Shown: positions 28,226-41,381 of the stretch, piece after piece | How the letters are laid out: each line of letters opens with the position of its first letter | How positions within the stretch are numbered: the stretch's first letter is position 1 | Source: Nitrospirota bacterium | GTDB taxonomy: Bacteria; Nitrospirota; Nitrospiria; 2-01-FULL-66-17 | NCBI GenBank assembly: GCA_049325335.1 | Contig: JBMOMC010000044.1 | Span: forward strand, 32,001-96,000 | Reading direction: 5' to 3' | DNA: 64,000 nucleotides | Made by a program: the position numbers and the translations under genes | Notes under the pieces: generated by a model | The model's input: the letters and a program-made list of their open reading frames with translations, nothing else | Told to the model about the DNA's origin: nothing | Database searches by the model: none

Positions 28226-29863
28226 CTACGGGCCCTCGGTCACCACGATATCGTAGCTTCCGGTCTCGCCGGCCGAAGGCGGCGCGTCCGGTGACCGCGC
28301 GACCCGGATGACGTACGACGCGCCGGCGACGGCTGGGAACGTGATCTTGGACGAGAGGGTTGAGGCACTGTTCGGTGGACAGGTCGAACCGCCGCACGAG
28401 GCGGGGTAGGTCCGCCCGGTCAGGTTGTCCACGGTCGAGGCATCCGCCGGGGTGACGCCGAGGACATCGAGGATGGTGTCGGCCGCGTTGGACACACGCG
28501 CGACACACCCGCCTCCTAGCGGCGCGCAACGCGAGGTGGCCACCGTATACGTCCCGGTCACCGGCGCCGTGAACGTCACGTAATCCACGTCGCCGGCCGG
28601 ATACAGCGTATGGTGTTGGATCGCGGACGGATTCGTCCCGGAATAGAGGCTGATCGGCGTAGGGCGCGACGGGTCGTCGTCGTTCGCGCCCGCCTCCCAC
28701 CCGTCCGGCCATAAGTCGATCTGCAAATCGGCCAGAATCGGTTGGAAATCGCCTGGGTTGGCCGCCTGCCAGTCGGTCCAAAAATCCTCAAACGTGACCG
28801 GCTGGGCGGTGAGCCCTCGAACGACCGACCAGATCCGGGCAAGTAGGCCGTTGAGCACGCCGGCGCCTTCATCCGCGTCCGACGCGTCGTGGGCATCCCA
28901 CAATGCCGCGGCAATGGCCAGTTCATTCGTATCGTAACGGGTCCCTTCTCCGAGCGTGGGCGGCGTTTCGATGTTAAACGAGAGCAACACCTCGCCGTTG
29001 CCGGTATCCGTGTGCTGCGGATCGTTGCGCGCCACGCTGGAAAAAAAATCGGCCCACCCTTCGGACCAGGCCAACCGCAGGTCCAGCGAGGACTCGCCGA
29101 GCGCATGCGGCCCGCCGGGCGAGTCGTCGCGGGAATACACGTCCAACACGTAGTGACCGTACTCGTGGAGGAGCACCGGGTCATCGAACTCGTCCGCGTC
29201 ATCATCGGTTCCAAGCACGGTGATGACGCGTGTGGCCGTCGTATACGAGGTTCCGACCGGATTGCCCGGGTACCAGTGCCAGACGAGCGGCGCGGTCGGG
29301 GCCGACCCGGTGAGCGACTCCACCGTCTCCGAACCTCGGAGCCCCTGTTCCAGGATGTTGAACACCCCGGCCCCCACGGCCTCGACTGCGTCCAACCCGG
29401 AGACCGTCACGGTTTCGCCGTCCCCCGCGTCATCAAAAACCGTTGACGCCAAGCCGTACACAAACGGTTCGGCCGCTGATCGCTGGACGCTCACGGGGTA
29501 CCGCGAAGACGACGAGAGCACCCGCGCGTACACTCCCACGCGACCGGGGTTGGAGAACGTGATCCGGAAGCGGCCGTCCGCATCCGTGGCGCCCGACGCC
29601 AGCACGCCGCCGCTCTGACACGACAGCACTTCGATTTCGGCGTATCGAATCGGCGTGGTCACGGTACTTCCGGTCGGTCCCATGGCCGTGATGACAGGCT
29701 TACTGTACGTCGCCAGCCCTTGTGCGACACCGAGTCCGCCGACGTCGGAGCGCAACGCGAACTCTGCGCAAGGGTCCGTCGTGGACTGCGGCGAATCACG
29801 GTGACAGGCCGCGGCGAGGACGAGACTGACGGCGAGCAGAAACCCCGCGCGACCCGCGGTCAC
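28226..29863 (-). CDS. Lipoprotein zinc metallopeptidase (gluzincin-like)
   Basis: Lipobox LAAAC; LLHEYGHY...AWSEGWADF; Cys-containing beta-rich C-terminal domain. Confidence 0.75.
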   Translation of the reverse strand: MTAGRAGFLLAVSLVLAAACHRDSPQSTTDPCAEFALRSDVGGLGVAQGLATYSKPVITAMGPTGSTVTTPIRYAEIEVLSCQSGGVLASGATDADGRFRITFSNPGRVGVYARVLSSSSRYPVSVQRSAAEPFVYGLASTVFDDAGDGETVTVSGLDAVEAVGAGVFNILEQGLRGSETVESLTGSAPTAPLVWHWYPGNPVGTSYTTATRVITVLGTDDDADEFDDPVLLHEYGHYVLDVYSRDDSPGGPHALGESSLDLRLAWSEGWADFFSSVARNDPQHTDTGNGEVLLSFNIETPPTLGEGTRYDTNELAIAAALWDAHDASDADEGAGVLNGLLARIWSVVRGLTAQPVTFEDFWTDWQAANPGDFQPILADLQIDLWPDGWEAGANDDDPSRPTPISLYSGTNPSAIQHHTLYPAGDVDYVTFTAPVTGTYTVATSRCAPLGGGCVARVSNAADTILDVLGVTPADASTVDNLTGRTYPASCGGSTCPPNSASTLSSKITFPAVAGASYVIRVARSPDAPPSAGETGSYDIVVTEGP

Positions 29864-29867
29864 GACG

Positions 29868-30596
29868 TTACGCTTTTGGCGTTGCCGGTTCGTCGACCGG
29901 CCAGAACAACATGCGGTGGCAATAGGTGCAGGTCAACAATTTCTCGTTCTTGCGCAGGTCCGCGATTAATTGCGGCGGGAGCGCGAGTCGGCACCCCTGA
30001 CACGCGCCGTTCTTCACCGCCACCACCGCAAGCCCCTTGCGCGTGGACTTGAGCCGTTCGTACGCCTGGCGGCTCGCCGGGGCCAACTGCTGGGTCATGG
30101 CCGCGGCCTCAGCCGCCAACCGGTCGGCCTCGGCCTGCATCGCCCGCAACTCGCCTTCCAATCGGGTGCGTTCCTTCTCGAACTCACGTTTGCGAACCGC
30201 CACCGCGTCTTCCTGCGATTTGACGGTTTGCTGCGTCACCTCGATACGGTCCATCAACTCGAGCAGCCGCTCTTCGAGCGTTCCCTTTTCTTGTTGCGCC
30301 AATTCGATCTCAAAGAGGTGGGCTTGATACTCCTTGTTGGACTTGATATCGCCTGAACGCCCTTTGAGTTTTTCGATCCGATCCTCTCGCTCCTTGAGGT
30401 CCTGTTCCTTGTCGCGACGCTCGCGCGTCATGGTCTCGAACGCCGACTTGGCCTTGGCCAGTTCCGCCTCCGCCTCCCGCACTGGTTTGGCCGCCTCCTC
30501 CACGAGCGCTGGAGCCTGCCGACGCTGCTCGGTGAGCGCGTCAACGTGAGAGTCCAATTCCTGGAGGCGGATCAAGAGCGCCAGTTGTTCGTTCAC
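29868..30596 (-). CDS. Coiled-coil plus C4 zinc-ribbon protein (DUF164 type)
   Basis: LQELD, SNKEYQA, CQGC...CTYCHRML. Confidence 0.9.
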   Translation of the reverse strand: MNEQLALLIRLQELDSHVDALTEQRRQAPALVEEAAKPVREAEAELAKAKSAFETMTRERRDKEQDLKEREDRIEKLKGRSGDIKSNKEYQAHLFEIELAQQEKGTLEERLLELMDRIEVTQQTVKSQEDAVAVRKREFEKERTRLEGELRAMQAEADRLAAEAAAMTQQLAPASRQAYERLKSTRKGLAVVAVKNGACQGCRLALPPQLIADLRKNEKLLTCTYCHRMLFWPVDEPATPKA

Positions 30597-30678
30597 GCGG
30601 GTTCCTTTATCGGATAAGACATCGAATCAACCCCTCTTCCTGCGCTCAACCCTCATTGCGGCAATGCGCCCCGCACGT

Positions 30679-30814
30679 CAACCGATCTCGCTGCTCGGCC
30701 CGGGAAACCAGGGCCTGCGCTGCGCTCCGCTAGCAGTCGAGTAAACCAACATCCACTGCAACCGATCTCGCTGCTCGGCCCGGGAAACCAGGGCCTGCGC
30801 TGCGCTCCGCTAGC
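30679..30814. repeat. Two exact 56-bp direct repeats separated by 24 bp
   Basis: CAACCGATCTCGCTGCTCGGCCCGGGAAACCAGGGCCTGCGCTGCGCTCCGCTAGC at 30679-30734 and 30759-30814. Confidence 0.95.
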
Positions 30815-30819
30815 GAGGA

Positions 30820-30893
30820 TGGGCCCACCAGGACTCGAACCTGGGACCAACCGGTTATGAGCCGGCAGCTCTAACCAACTGAGCTATGGGCCC
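30820..30893 (-). tRNA. tRNA with CAT anticodon, probably tRNA-Ile2 (lysidine)
   Basis: GGGCCCATAGCTCAGTTGGTTAGAGCTGCCGGCTCATAACCGGTTGGTCCCAGGTTCGAGTCCTGGTGGGCCCA folds as a cloverleaf; lies downstream of rpoD like ileX; CCA not encoded. Confidence 0.93.
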
Positions 30894-30957
30894 AACCTCG
30901 CTCGCGGGGCCGAACGCAGGCGCCGCCGTCCCGCGCCGAGGCTCGGAGTCCTCTGCC

Positions 30958-32778
<1,821 letters not shown>

Positions 32779-32794
32779 GGACACCCCTGGTCCT

Positions 32795-34693
32795 CTACCG
32801 ACCGGCCGTTTGGGACGGCCCCATGCGCGAACCCCGCAACGGAACGAGATCCACCGATTCCTTTGCGAGCCGATCTTGTTCACCCTGAAGTTGCTGCGCT
32901 TCCTCGTGCCGGCCCTGCGCCTCGGAGCGCTGAATCGCGCGCGAGAGTTCCTCCACGCGGCGCCGGCATTGCTCGATGCGCAAGGTCACGACGCAGTCAT
33001 AAATTTCCTGATCCGGGTCGTCGCCGTCGAATTCGTGCGTGGCCAGTTTGGCCAACGCGTCCGCCACGTCATGACGCCCGTCCGCCAATGCGCGATCGCG
33101 CGCGAGCACGGTCGCGTCGCCGTCCCCGGACCGGACCTCCCGCTGGACCAAGTCGACCACGGCGCGCAGCGTGCGGTCGGTCATGGTATCCCCCGACACG
33201 TCGGCCAGGAGCGCGGGGGCCAACCGGCCGTGCACTACCGCCGCGGCCACGATTTTCTCCGCGTGCGGCCACGCCCGGACCGGGGCGTGCGCGCCGCTCC
33301 GACGGACGGATGGCGGAGGCGTGGACATGGGCCCGGCTGGCGTTCGGACGCGGTGCAGCTCTTCGCGTAAGGACGCCTCAGCCACCCCCACCTGATCGGC
33401 CAACCACCGGAGATAGTGGTCGCGGTCGATCGCGTTCGTCAGGCCGGCGATCACGGGCAGCGCCCGAGCCACCGCCGCCTTCTTCGCGCCGGGGTCTCGA
33501 TAGTCGCCGACCGGCGCAAGATGCTCGAGGACGAATTGCGTCAACGGCGCGGCGCGGTCGAGCGCCGCGCGAAACGCCTCGGGTCCGTCTTCGTGGATCA
33601 CGCGGTCGGGGTCCTTGCCGTCCGGGAGCGAGACCACGTCCACGCGCAGATCGATCGGCGAGAACAGGTCCACCGTGCGCAACGCGGCGCGCACGCCCGC
33701 GGCGTCGGGATCAAACACCAGGCACACCCGCGACACCAACCGCCGGATCGCGTCCAAGTGTGCGGGGGTCAGCGCGGTGCCCAATGTCGCCACCACATTC
33801 GTGAAGCCGGCTTGGTGCGCCGCGATCACGTCGAAGTATCCTTCCACGACCACCAGGGCGCCGTTTGCGGCCACGGACTGGCGCGCGACGTCCAACGCAA
33901 AGAGGTGCCGTCCTTTGGAAAAGAGCGGGGTCTCGGGAGAATTGAGGTACTTGGGTTGCGCGTCGTCCAACACGCGGCCGCCGAACGCCACCACCTGGCC
34001 GTGGGTATCCCGAATCGGACACATGACGCGGTGACGAAACCGGTCGTACCGCCCCCCGCCTTGCTGCCTGGGAACCGCCAGCCCCGCGTCCTGGACCTGC
34101 TCCGCGGTCCACCCTTTCGACGTCAAGACCGCCAGCAGGTCGTCCCAGGACGAGGCGGCGTAGCCGAGGCCGAACGCCTGCACGCTCTCCGCGCTCAGGC
34201 GGCGCGACTGGAGATACCGACGAGCAATATCTCCCTCGCGCCCCGCGAGTCGCCGACGAAAATGTTCCGCCGCGGCTGCGTGGATGTCGTACAAGGTTTG
34301 TCGGCGCCGGTCCGCACCACCCGCGGCACGGGTGGGCAACGGCACGTTGGCCTTGCGCGCGAGCCACTGCACGGCCTCGGGAAAACTCAGGGACTCGCGT
34401 TGCATCACGAACGCAAACAGATCGCCCCCCGCCCCGCAGCCGAAGCAATGGTACAGTTGTTTGGACGGGCTGACCGTAAACGATGGGCGCTTATCAGCGT
34501 GGAACGGACACAGCCCGATCGCGTTTTGTCCGGTGCGCTTGAGTGAGACGTAGGCGCCGATGAACTCGACCAACTCCACGCGCTCCCGGATCGCGCGCAG
34601 CGCCGCGTCGCCGAACCCGCCGGCGGGACGGGGTGCTCCCGGCGGGTCACCGGGCTGCGCAGTAGCGTGGCGATCAGGAGCCGATGACGCCAT
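32795..34693 (-). CDS. dnaG: DNA primase
   Basis: CPFH..K.PSF...HCFGC zinc finger, [22 protein letters not shown]. Confidence 0.97.
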   Translation of the reverse strand: MASSAPDRHATAQPGDPPGAPRPAGGFGDAALRAIRERVELVEFIGAYVSLKRTGQNAIGLCPFHADKRPSFTVSPSKQLYHCFGCGAGGDLFAFVMQRESLSFPEAVQWLARKANVPLPTRAAGGADRRRQTLYDIHAAAAEHFRRRLAGREGDIARRYLQSRRLSAESVQAFGLGYAASSWDDLLAVLTSKGWTAEQVQDAGLAVPRQQGGGRYDRFRHRVMCPIRDTHGQVVAFGGRVLDDAQPKYLNSPETPLFSKGRHLFALDVARQSVAANGALVVVEGYFDVIAAHQAGFTNVVATLGTALTPAHLDAIRRLVSRVCLVFDPDAAGVRAALRTVDLFSPIDLRVDVVSLPDGKDPDRVIHEDGPEAFRAALDRAAPLTQFVLEHLAPVGDYRDPGAKKAAVARALPVIAGLTNAIDRDHYLRWLADQVGVAEASLREELHRVRTPAGPMSTPPPSVRRSGAHAPVRAWPHAEKIVAAAVVHGRLAPALLADVSGDTMTDRTLRAVVDLVQREVRSGDGDATVLARDRALADGRHDVADALAKLATHEFDGDDPDQEIYDCVVTLRIEQCRRRVEELSRAIQRSEAQGRHEEAQQLQGEQDRLAKESVDLVPLRGSRMGPSQTAGR

Positions 34694-35155
34694 TTACGGT
34701 GGAAGTCGCTCCAACACTCGTTTTACGGCGGTGCTGACCGCGCCGCCCTCGGCCCGTCCCGCCACCCGCGACATCACGGCCTTCATCACTTTGCCCATCT
34801 CTTTCACGCTCGAAGCCCCGACCTCGGCGGCCGCCTCGCGCACCAAGACCTCCAACTCCTGTTCCGACAGTTGCGCGGGGAGAAACGTCTGGAGAATCGC
34901 GATCTCCTCCTGCTCCTTGGCGACCAACTCGGCCCGTCCGGCTTTTTGAAATTGTTCCACGGCTTCGCGGCGTTGTTTGATGCCGCTCTGGATCACATCG
35001 AGCACGTCCTGGTCCGTGAGCGGACGGCCCTTGCCCCGATCGATCTCGCGGTTCTTTAACGCGGACCGGACCATTCGAATGACGGAGACCTTGGCGGCCT
35101 GGCTGCTCCGCATGGCCTCCTTCATTTCATCGAGCAACCGTTCCTGCAGCGACAT
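34694..35155 (-). CDS. GatB/YqeY domain protein
   Basis: MKEAMRS, KQRRE..EQF..AGR..L, FLPAQLS, MGKVMK. Confidence 0.93.
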   Translation of the reverse strand: MSLQERLLDEMKEAMRSSQAAKVSVIRMVRSALKNREIDRGKGRPLTDQDVLDVIQSGIKQRREAVEQFQKAGRAELVAKEQEEIAILQTFLPAQLSEQELEVLVREAAAEVGASSVKEMGKVMKAVMSRVAGRAEGGAVSTAVKRVLERLPP

Positions 35156-35189
35156 GGTTCCGTGAACGATCCCGTGTGGAAAGGGTCGT

Positions 35190-35219
35190 ATTATACGGAA
35201 CGCGTTTCCGGAGGGTCAA
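35190..35219 (-). promoter_or_regulatory. Sigma70 promoter of yqeY-dnaG-rpoD
   Basis: Minus strand TTGACC-N18-TATAAT. Confidence 0.7.
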
Positions 35220-35249
35220 CCCGAGGCGCGACGCCGCGCGGCGCGCGAG

Positions 35250-35606
35250 TCAGCCCGGGGGCCACGCCATGGGGCGTCCGCCAAGCACGTGCACGTGCAG
35301 GTGGAACACGGTCTGGCCGCCGTCCGCGCCCACGTTGACGACGGTTCGGTAGCCGGACTCGGCCACGCCGAATTTCGTCGCCAGGCGGCCGACGCACGCA
35401 AAGAGCGCGGCCATGATCGACGCGTTGTCGGCAGTGACGGCCTGGAGTCCATCGAGATGCCGTTTCGGAATGACGAGGAGATGGACCGGCGCCTTGGGCG
35501 CGATGTCCTGAAACGCCAAGACCTCGTCATCTTCGTGGACAATGGTGGCCGGCAACTCCCGGCGGACGATGCGGCAGAAGAGACACGTTGATGTGGATGC
35601 GCTCAT
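35250..35606 (-). CDS. Histidine triad nucleotide-binding protein (HINT)
   Basis: CLFCRIV, GQTVFHLHVHVLGG, WPPG. Confidence 0.95.
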   Translation of the reverse strand: MSASTSTCLFCRIVRRELPATIVHEDDEVLAFQDIAPKAPVHLLVIPKRHLDGLQAVTADNASIMAALFACVGRLATKFGVAESGYRTVVNVGADGGQTVFHLHVHVLGGRPMAWPPG

Positions 35607-35640
35607 GACCGCTCCTGGTCAGGTCCGACGAACTGCGCGG

Positions 35641-36372
35641 TCAGCGCGCGGCTCGTCTCCGTTTGCGCGTGGGTTTGGTCGCGGTCCGTTTGCGCGACGC
35701 GGGCGCACGGTTGGTGAACCGTCGGGCCAATTCGTCGTAGATCGCGGACGGCGGGATATCGTGCCGGCCCAACGCGACCAACGTGTGAAACCACAGATCC
35801 GCGGTCTCCCACACGATCTGATCGCGCACGCCGTTCTTAGACGCGAGCAGCACCTCGCCGGCTTCCTCCGCCACCTTCTTGAGAATACGATCCTCGCCGC
35901 CAGCGAACAACGACGCCACGTACGAGCCTTCCACCGGATGCGCCTTACGGTCCTGGATGACGCGATACACGCGATCCAACACCGCCCCGCCGCCCTCCTG
36001 GTCCGGGATCAATCGTTCGCCATCCACTCGCCGGAAAAAACACGTAGGCGATCCGGTGTGGCACGCGGGCCCGACCTGATCGACTTCAACGACCAATGTG
36101 TCGCCGTCGCAATCGAGCCATACGTTCGCCACACGCTGGGTGTGGCCCGACGTTTCACCCTTCTTCCACAACGTTTGCCGCGATCGACTGAAGAAGTGCG
36201 TGAAGCCCGACTTGAGCGTCCGCTCCAGCGACTCACGGTTCATGTACGCGAGCATCAACACCCGCCCCGATCCCCGCTCCTGCACCACCGCCGGAATCAG
36301 CCCGGCCGTATCGAACCTGACCGCGCTCCAGAGGTTATCGATTTCTGACTTCTTCGCCACACCCACCCCCAC
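35641..36372 (-). CDS. hisIE: Bifunctional PR-AMP cyclohydrolase/PR-ATP pyrophosphatase
   Basis: [40 protein letters not shown]. Confidence 0.96.
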   Translation of the reverse strand: MGVGVAKKSEIDNLWSAVRFDTAGLIPAVVQERGSGRVLMLAYMNRESLERTLKSGFTHFFSRSRQTLWKKGETSGHTQRVANVWLDCDGDTLVVEVDQVGPACHTGSPTCFFRRVDGERLIPDQEGGGAVLDRVYRVIQDRKAHPVEGSYVASLFAGGEDRILKKVAEEAGEVLLASKNGVRDQIVWETADLWFHTLVALGRHDIPPSAIYDELARRFTNRAPASRKRTATKPTRKRRRAAR

Positions 36373-36411
36373 TCACTGAAGACCGGTTTTGACTCGTTTT
36401 TGCTCCTGATA

Positions 36412-36536
36412 AGCCTGTTCACCGACGGGCCGGATGCCAGGCGGAGCAAGGGGCCGCCCCGGAGCGTACTGAGTGCGTACGTGAGGAGGCGGTCCCGCAG
36501 CGACAACGTCGCAGACGGCCCTCGCTGAACAGGCTC
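36412..36536 (-). repeat. Structured element, copy 3
   Basis: Terminal stem AGCCTGTTCA/TGAACAGGCT; core CCGTCTGCGACGTT..CTCACGTAC..AGTACGCTCCG..GCCTGGCATCCG; abuts the hisF stop. Confidence 0.8.
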
Positions 36537-37316
36537 CTACACCAGTCGGACAATGACGCCCCGCTTCGCGAGATACGCCTTCACCTGCCCCACCGTCAAC
36601 CGCCGATCATGAAACAACGACGCCGCCAACACCGCATCCGCTCCCCCCGTCGTCAACGCGTCGTAAAAGTGCTCCAGCGTCCCCGCGCCGCCGGAGGCCA
36701 CCACCGGCACCGGTACCGCGGACGAGACCGCGCGCAACAACTCTACGTCGTACCCCTGCTGCGTGCCGTCGCGGTCGATGCTGGTCAGTAACACTTCGCC
36801 TGCGCCCAACGCCACCGCGCGCTCGGCCCACGCGACCGCCTCCAGATCCGCGGGGCGTCGTCCGCCGTGGGTGAGCACCTCCCACCCGTTCGCACCTCGG
36901 CGCGCGTCGATCGCAATCACGATACACTGGCTGCCGAAGCGCTCCGCGGACTCGCGCAATAACTCCGGTCGCGCCACCGCCGCGCTGTTGATCGACACCT
37001 TGTCGGCCCCGGCCAGCAACAACGCGCGAATGTCCTCCACGGTCCTCACGCCGCCGCCCACGGTCAGGGGCATAAACGCACGCTCCGCGGTGCGCCGCAC
37101 CACGTCCAATAAGATCGGCCGTTCGTCCGACGACGCGGTGATGTCCAAAAAACAGAGTTCATCAGCGCCCCCGGCGTCATAGGCCGTCGCGGCCTCCACC
37201 GGGTCGCCGCTATCGCGCAGGTCCACGAACCGTACGCCCTTGACCACGCGACCGTCCTTCACGTCGAGACACGGAATGATTCTCTTGGCGAACGTCGGCG
37301 CCTCGACCGTGCTCAT
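36537..37316 (-). CDS. hisF: IGP synthase cyclase subunit
   Basis: [30 protein letters not shown]. Confidence 0.97.
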   Translation of the reverse strand: MSTVEAPTFAKRIIPCLDVKDGRVVKGVRFVDLRDSGDPVEAATAYDAGGADELCFLDITASSDERPILLDVVRRTAERAFMPLTVGGGVRTVEDIRALLLAGADKVSINSAAVARPELLRESAERFGSQCIVIAIDARRGANGWEVLTHGGRRPADLEAVAWAERAVALGAGEVLLTSIDRDGTQQGYDVELLRAVSSAVPVPVVASGGAGTLEHFYDALTTGGADAVLAASLFHDRRLTVGQVKAYLAKRGVIVRLV

Positions 37317-38035
37317 ACCGTCGTTCCGGCCGCCATCGCGTCGCGCAGCGACAACGTTCCGCGATAGAGCGCCTGGCCCACGATCGCCGCCTCGACGCCT
37401 TTGATCGAGGTCAGCGATCGCACGTGCTCCGCCGTGGACACACCGCCTGAGGCGATCACCGGCGTGGGCGTTGCGGCGGCCACCGCGGCCAACGCGTCAA
37501 GATTCGGACCCTCCTGCGTGCCGTCGCGTCGGATATCGGTGTACAACAGCGAGACGGCGCCGGCCGCCGAGGCTTCGCGCGCCACGTCGAGCGCGTCGCG
37601 GTCCGTGGCCTCCAGCCAGCCGCGGATCGCCACCCGGCCGTCCCGCGCGTCGATCGCCACCACCACCTTGCCCGGAAACCGGGCGCACACCTCGCGCAGA
37701 AACGGCGGGTCCAAGGCCGCGCGCGTGCCCAACACCACGCGGTCCGCCCCCAGCGTCAAGTACTCGTCGATGGTGGCCGCGTCGCGCAGGCCGCCGCCCA
37801 CCTGGACCGGGACGCGAGCGGCCCGCACAATCGCCGCGATCGCGTCACGATTCTTCGGGACCCCGTCGGCCGCGCCGTCCAAATCCACGACGTGCAACCG
37901 CACCGCGCCCTCGGAGCGCCAGCGTTCGGCCATGGCCGCAGGGTTGTCGCCGTACACGGTCTCCGCGTCGAACCGCCCCTGTAACAATCGGACGCACCGG
38001 CCGCCCCGCAGATCGATCGCCGGAATGATGATCAT
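37313..38035 (-). CDS. hisA: ProFAR isomerase
   Basis: [31 protein letters not shown]. Confidence 0.96.
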   Translation of the reverse strand: MIIIPAIDLRGGRCVRLLQGRFDAETVYGDNPAAMAERWRSEGAVRLHVVDLDGAADGVPKNRDAIAAIVRAARVPVQVGGGLRDAATIDEYLTLGADRVVLGTRAALDPPFLREVCARFPGKVVVAIDARDGRVAIRGWLEATDRDALDVAREASAAGAVSLLYTDIRRDGTQEGPNLDALAAVAAATPTPVIASGGVSTAEHVRSLTSIKGVEAAIVGQALYRGTLSLRDAMAAGTTV

Positions 38036-38676
38036 GACGCGGCCCCGGCCGCGGCGGACCGACATGACGCGAACCGCTCAAGCAGCGCCAACCCCAATGC
38101 CTGGCTCTTTTCCGGATGGAACTGGCACGCCGTCACGTTGCCTCGCGCCACGATCGACGGAAACCGCATCCCGTAGACCGTCTCCGCCGCGACCACCGCG
38201 GGGTCCTCCGGCGCCACGTAGTAGGAGTGCACGAAGTAGAAATACCCGCGGTCGGGAATCCCAGTCAACGGCTCCACGCGGCGGCGCATCGACACCGCGT
38301 TCCACCCCATGTGCGGCACCTTGAGGCCCTTCATCGCAGGCGCATCGCCGGGAAACCGCACGACCTTGCCCGGAATCACGTTCAACCCTCGGTGTAGGCC
38401 GAACTCCTCGCTCTCGGTCATCAAGAGTTGCATACCCAAACAAATGCCGAGAAACGGCGTGCCCGCGCCGATCACTTCGCGGATCACGGCAACCAGGCCG
38501 AGGCGATCGAGTTGATCCATCCCGGCTTTAAATGCGCCGACTCCTGGTAGCACCACGCGTTCGGCGCGCCGAATCCGATCGGGATCGCTGGTCACCTCCA
38601 CGGTCGCGCCGAGGCGCTCGAACGCCTTCTGGATGCTGCGCAAGTTGACGACTTGGTAGTCGATGATGGCGATCAT
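38032..38676 (-). CDS. hisH: IGP synthase glutaminase subunit
   Basis: LPGVGAF, GICLGMQ, VPHMGWN, QFHPEKS. Confidence 0.96.
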   Translation of the reverse strand: MIAIIDYQVVNLRSIQKAFERLGATVEVTSDPDRIRRAERVVLPGVGAFKAGMDQLDRLGLVAVIREVIGAGTPFLGICLGMQLLMTESEEFGLHRGLNVIPGKVVRFPGDAPAMKGLKVPHMGWNAVSMRRRVEPLTGIPDRGYFYFVHSYYVAPEDPAVVAAETVYGMRFPSIVARGNVTACQFHPEKSQALGLALLERFASCRSAAAGAAS

Positions 38677-38755
38677 GATTCACGGGCCAAGAGGTTCAAT
38701 AGTTCAAGGGCTCACATTGCACGTTGAACCCCTTAAACATTGAACGCTCCTTCTT

Positions 38756-39379
38756 CTACTCCAAGGTTCCCTTGCTCGACGGCACGCCAGCCACGCGCGG
38801 ATCGATCCGCGTGGCCTGTTCCAACGCCCGGCCGAGCGCTTTGAACGTCGCCTCCAGCATGTGGTGCGAGTTTTTCCCGTACGGCACGTCCAGATGAAGC
38901 GTGAGTCCCGCGTGCACCACCAACGCTTCAAAGAAGTGTTCCACCAATTCGGGGTCGAACGAGCGGATCTTGCGCGCGGGCACCGGCACCCGGTACACCA
39001 GATACGGCCGGCCCGACACGTCCACGGTCGCGCGCGCGAGGGTCTCGTCCATGGGCACGGCCCCGGCTCCGAATCGCGTGAGCCCGACTTTGTCCCCCAG
39101 CGCTTGTTTGAGCGCTTGGCCCATCACGATCCCCAAATCTTCAACCGTATGGTGCGCATCCACGTCGAGGTCCCCGACCGCCTTCACGGTCAGGTCTACC
39201 AAGCCATGTTTGCCCATCACCGTGAGCATGTGATCCAAAAACGGCATACCGGTGGCGACGCGCGTGCGACCGGTGCCGTCCAAGTCGAGCGTCACGGTGA
39301 TCGCGGTCTCCTTGGTCTTGCGCGAAATCGCGGCGCGTCTGGCCTGAACCCGGCGCGCGGGCGTGACGCGCCGGCGCAT
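38756..39379 (-). CDS. hisB: Imidazoleglycerol-phosphate dehydratase
   Basis: [29 protein letters not shown]; start approximate. Confidence 0.96.
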   Translation of the reverse strand: MRRRVTPARRVQARRAAISRKTKETAITVTLDLDGTGRTRVATGMPFLDHMLTVMGKHGLVDLTVKAVGDLDVDAHHTVEDLGIVMGQALKQALGDKVGLTRFGAGAVPMDETLARATVDVSGRPYLVYRVPVPARKIRSFDPELVEHFFEALVVHAGLTLHLDVPYGKNSHHMLEATFKALGRALEQATRIDPRVAGVPSSKGTLE

Positions 39380-39399
39380 GGCGGTCCGCCCCGGCACGC

Positions 39400-40698
39400 T
39401 CAGTCCTCCGGCCGCAAGCGAATATCCACGGCCTGCGCGTGCGCCTCCAGCCCCTCTACCCGCGCGATCTGCACCACTTTTTCCGCGATGCGTCGAAGGG
39501 CGTCTTGGGAGTACGCGATCAGCCCGCTCTTCTTCGTGAAATGGTCCACGGACAGCGGGGAAAAGAACCGCGCGGTGCCGCCCGTGGGCAACACGTGGTT
39601 GGGGCCGGCCATGTAATCACCCAACGCCTGCGGCGTTTGGTGCCCCAAGAACACCGACCCCGCGTTTTTGACGTATTTGAGCACCTTGTACGGTCGCTCG
39701 ATGGACAACTCCAAGTGTTCTGGCGCGATGTCGTTGGAGATCGCGATGGCATCCAGCACCTCGGGCACGACCATCGCGATCCCCCGGTGTTTCAGCGAGG
39801 CCTCGGCAATCTTGCGCCGGTCCAGCTTGGCTAATTGCAGCGCGATCTCCTTCTGCACCTTCTTAACGAACCCGTCGCTCAGCGCGATCAGAATCGTCCA
39901 CGCGTCTTCGTCATGTTCGGCCTGCGACAGGATATCCGCGGCGATGTGCGCGGGGTGCGCGGTCTCGTCCGCGATGATCAGAATTTCGCTGGGCCCCGCC
40001 ACCATGTCGATGTCCACCGTGCCGTAGACCAGACGTTTGGCGGTCGCGACATAGGCGTTGCCAGGCCCCACGATCTTGTCCACGCGTTTGATGGTTTTGG
40101 TGCCGTAGGCCATGGCCCCGATCGCCTGGACCCCGCCGACCCGATACACTTCGTGAATACCCACCAGGTCCGCGGCGACCAACACGTAGGGGTTCATCTC
40201 CCCGCGCGGGGTGGGGGTGCACATCACGATCCGTTCAACGCCCGCGACCTTGGCCGGGATGCCGTTCATCAACACCGACGACGGGTACGCGGCCTTGCCG
40301 CCCGGAACATACAACCCGGCCGAGGCCAAGGGCCGCAGTTGCTGTCCCAGCGTCACCCCCGCTTCCTCGAAGCTCCACGAGTGCGACTGCTGTTTGGAAT
40401 GAAACGCATAGATGCGGTCCGCGGCGATCTTGAGCGCGTCCACGACCTTGGGATCGGTTTTAGCCAACGCGGCCGCGCGCTCCTCGATGGTGACCAAGAA
40501 CCGTTTCGGGGACATCGCGATGTGGTCGAACTGTTTGGTGTAGCGTGAGACCGCGACGTCGCCTTTGGCGCGCACCTCGTCCAACATCCCGCGCACCTTG
40601 GTTTCGATCCGACGATCCTCGGGCTCGCCGCGGTTGACGAGTTTTTCCAGCTCGCGCCGCCCCCCGCCGCTCTTAAGTTTAATGACCTTCATCGCCAT
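39400..40698 (-). CDS. hisD: Histidinol dehydrogenase
   Basis: [40 protein letters not shown]. Confidence 0.97.
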   Translation of the reverse strand: MAMKVIKLKSGGGRRELEKLVNRGEPEDRRIETKVRGMLDEVRAKGDVAVSRYTKQFDHIAMSPKRFLVTIEERAAALAKTDPKVVDALKIAADRIYAFHSKQQSHSWSFEEAGVTLGQQLRPLASAGLYVPGGKAAYPSSVLMNGIPAKVAGVERIVMCTPTPRGEMNPYVLVAADLVGIHEVYRVGGVQAIGAMAYGTKTIKRVDKIVGPGNAYVATAKRLVYGTVDIDMVAGPSEILIIADETAHPAHIAADILSQAEHDEDAWTILIALSDGFVKKVQKEIALQLAKLDRRKIAEASLKHRGIAMVVPEVLDAIAISNDIAPEHLELSIERPYKVLKYVKNAGSVFLGHQTPQALGDYMAGPNHVLPTGGTARFFSPLSVDHFTKKSGLIAYSQDALRRIAEKVVQIARVEGLEAHAQAVDIRLRPED

Positions 40699-40727
40699 GC
40701 GTTGTCCTCTCTTCCCGTTGCCGGGCG

Positions 40728-41381
40728 TCACGTCGGAGACGGGCACGCCGCCGTCACCCGTTCGACGAGTTCACCGATCCTCGCGTGCTTGACCTTCATG
40801 CTGGCCCGATTGACGATCAACCGTGCGGTGGAGCGCACGATTTCCTCGACGATGGTCAGCCCGTTCTCTTCCAACGTCTTGCCGGTGGACACCAGGTCCA
40901 CGATGCTTTCGGCCAATCCGATGCGCGGCGCGAGTTCCACCGCGCCCCACAGCTTGACCATTTCGATCGGCACGCCCCGCTGCGTGAAATACCGATCCGC
41001 AATGTTCGGATATTTGGTCGCCACGCGCAATTTTCCGGCCCTGGCGCCCGCCCACGCCCCGTTGCGGCCCGCGGGCGCGGCCCACACCACGCGGCACGGC
41101 CCGTAGCCCAAATCCACGGGTTCGTACACGTCCTTGGGGTGTTCGAGCAACACGTCCTTGCCGGCCACGCCGAGATCCGCGGCGCCGTATTCCACATACG
41201 TCGGGACGTCCACCGCCCGCACCACCATCACCGACACGTCATCCTGGTTGGTGCGGAACAGGAGCTGGCGCGTGTCGCGCGTGAGGCCCTTGGGTCGGAT
41301 GTCGACCCGGGCGAACAGCTCGATCGTGGGCTCCAACAACCGTCCCTTGGGGAGCGCGATCACCAGTCCCGCGTCGCTCAC
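40728..41381 (-). CDS. hisG: ATP phosphoribosyltransferase, short form (needs HisZ)
   Basis: [33 protein letters not shown]; no C-terminal regulatory domain. Confidence 0.95.
   Translation of the reverse strand: MSDAGLVIALPKGRLLEPTIELFARVDIRPKGLTRDTRQLLFRTNQDDVSVMVVRAVDVPTYVEYGAADLGVAGKDVLLEHPKDVYEPVDLGYGPCRVVWAAPAGRNGAWAGARAGKLRVATKYPNIADRYFTQRGVPIEMVKLWGAVELAPRIGLAESIVDLVSTGKTLEENGLTIVEEIVRSTARLIVNRASMKVKHARIGELVERVTAACPSPT

Noticed and set aside
29864..29867. RNase P RNA after the zinc-ribbon gene
   Set aside because: Only a 4-nt gap to the next CDS, and no rnpB consensus seen
30679..30814. CRISPR array
   Set aside because: Only two repeats, 56 bp long with a 24-bp spacer; no cas genes or leader in the window
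30600..30893. Prophage or island integrated at the tRNA
   Set aside because: No integrase, no duplicated tRNA 3' end, and the flanking gene order looks like core genome
35641..41381. Absence of hisC and hisZ as a pathway defect
   Set aside because: These genes are commonly encoded elsewhere; this cannot be judged from one window
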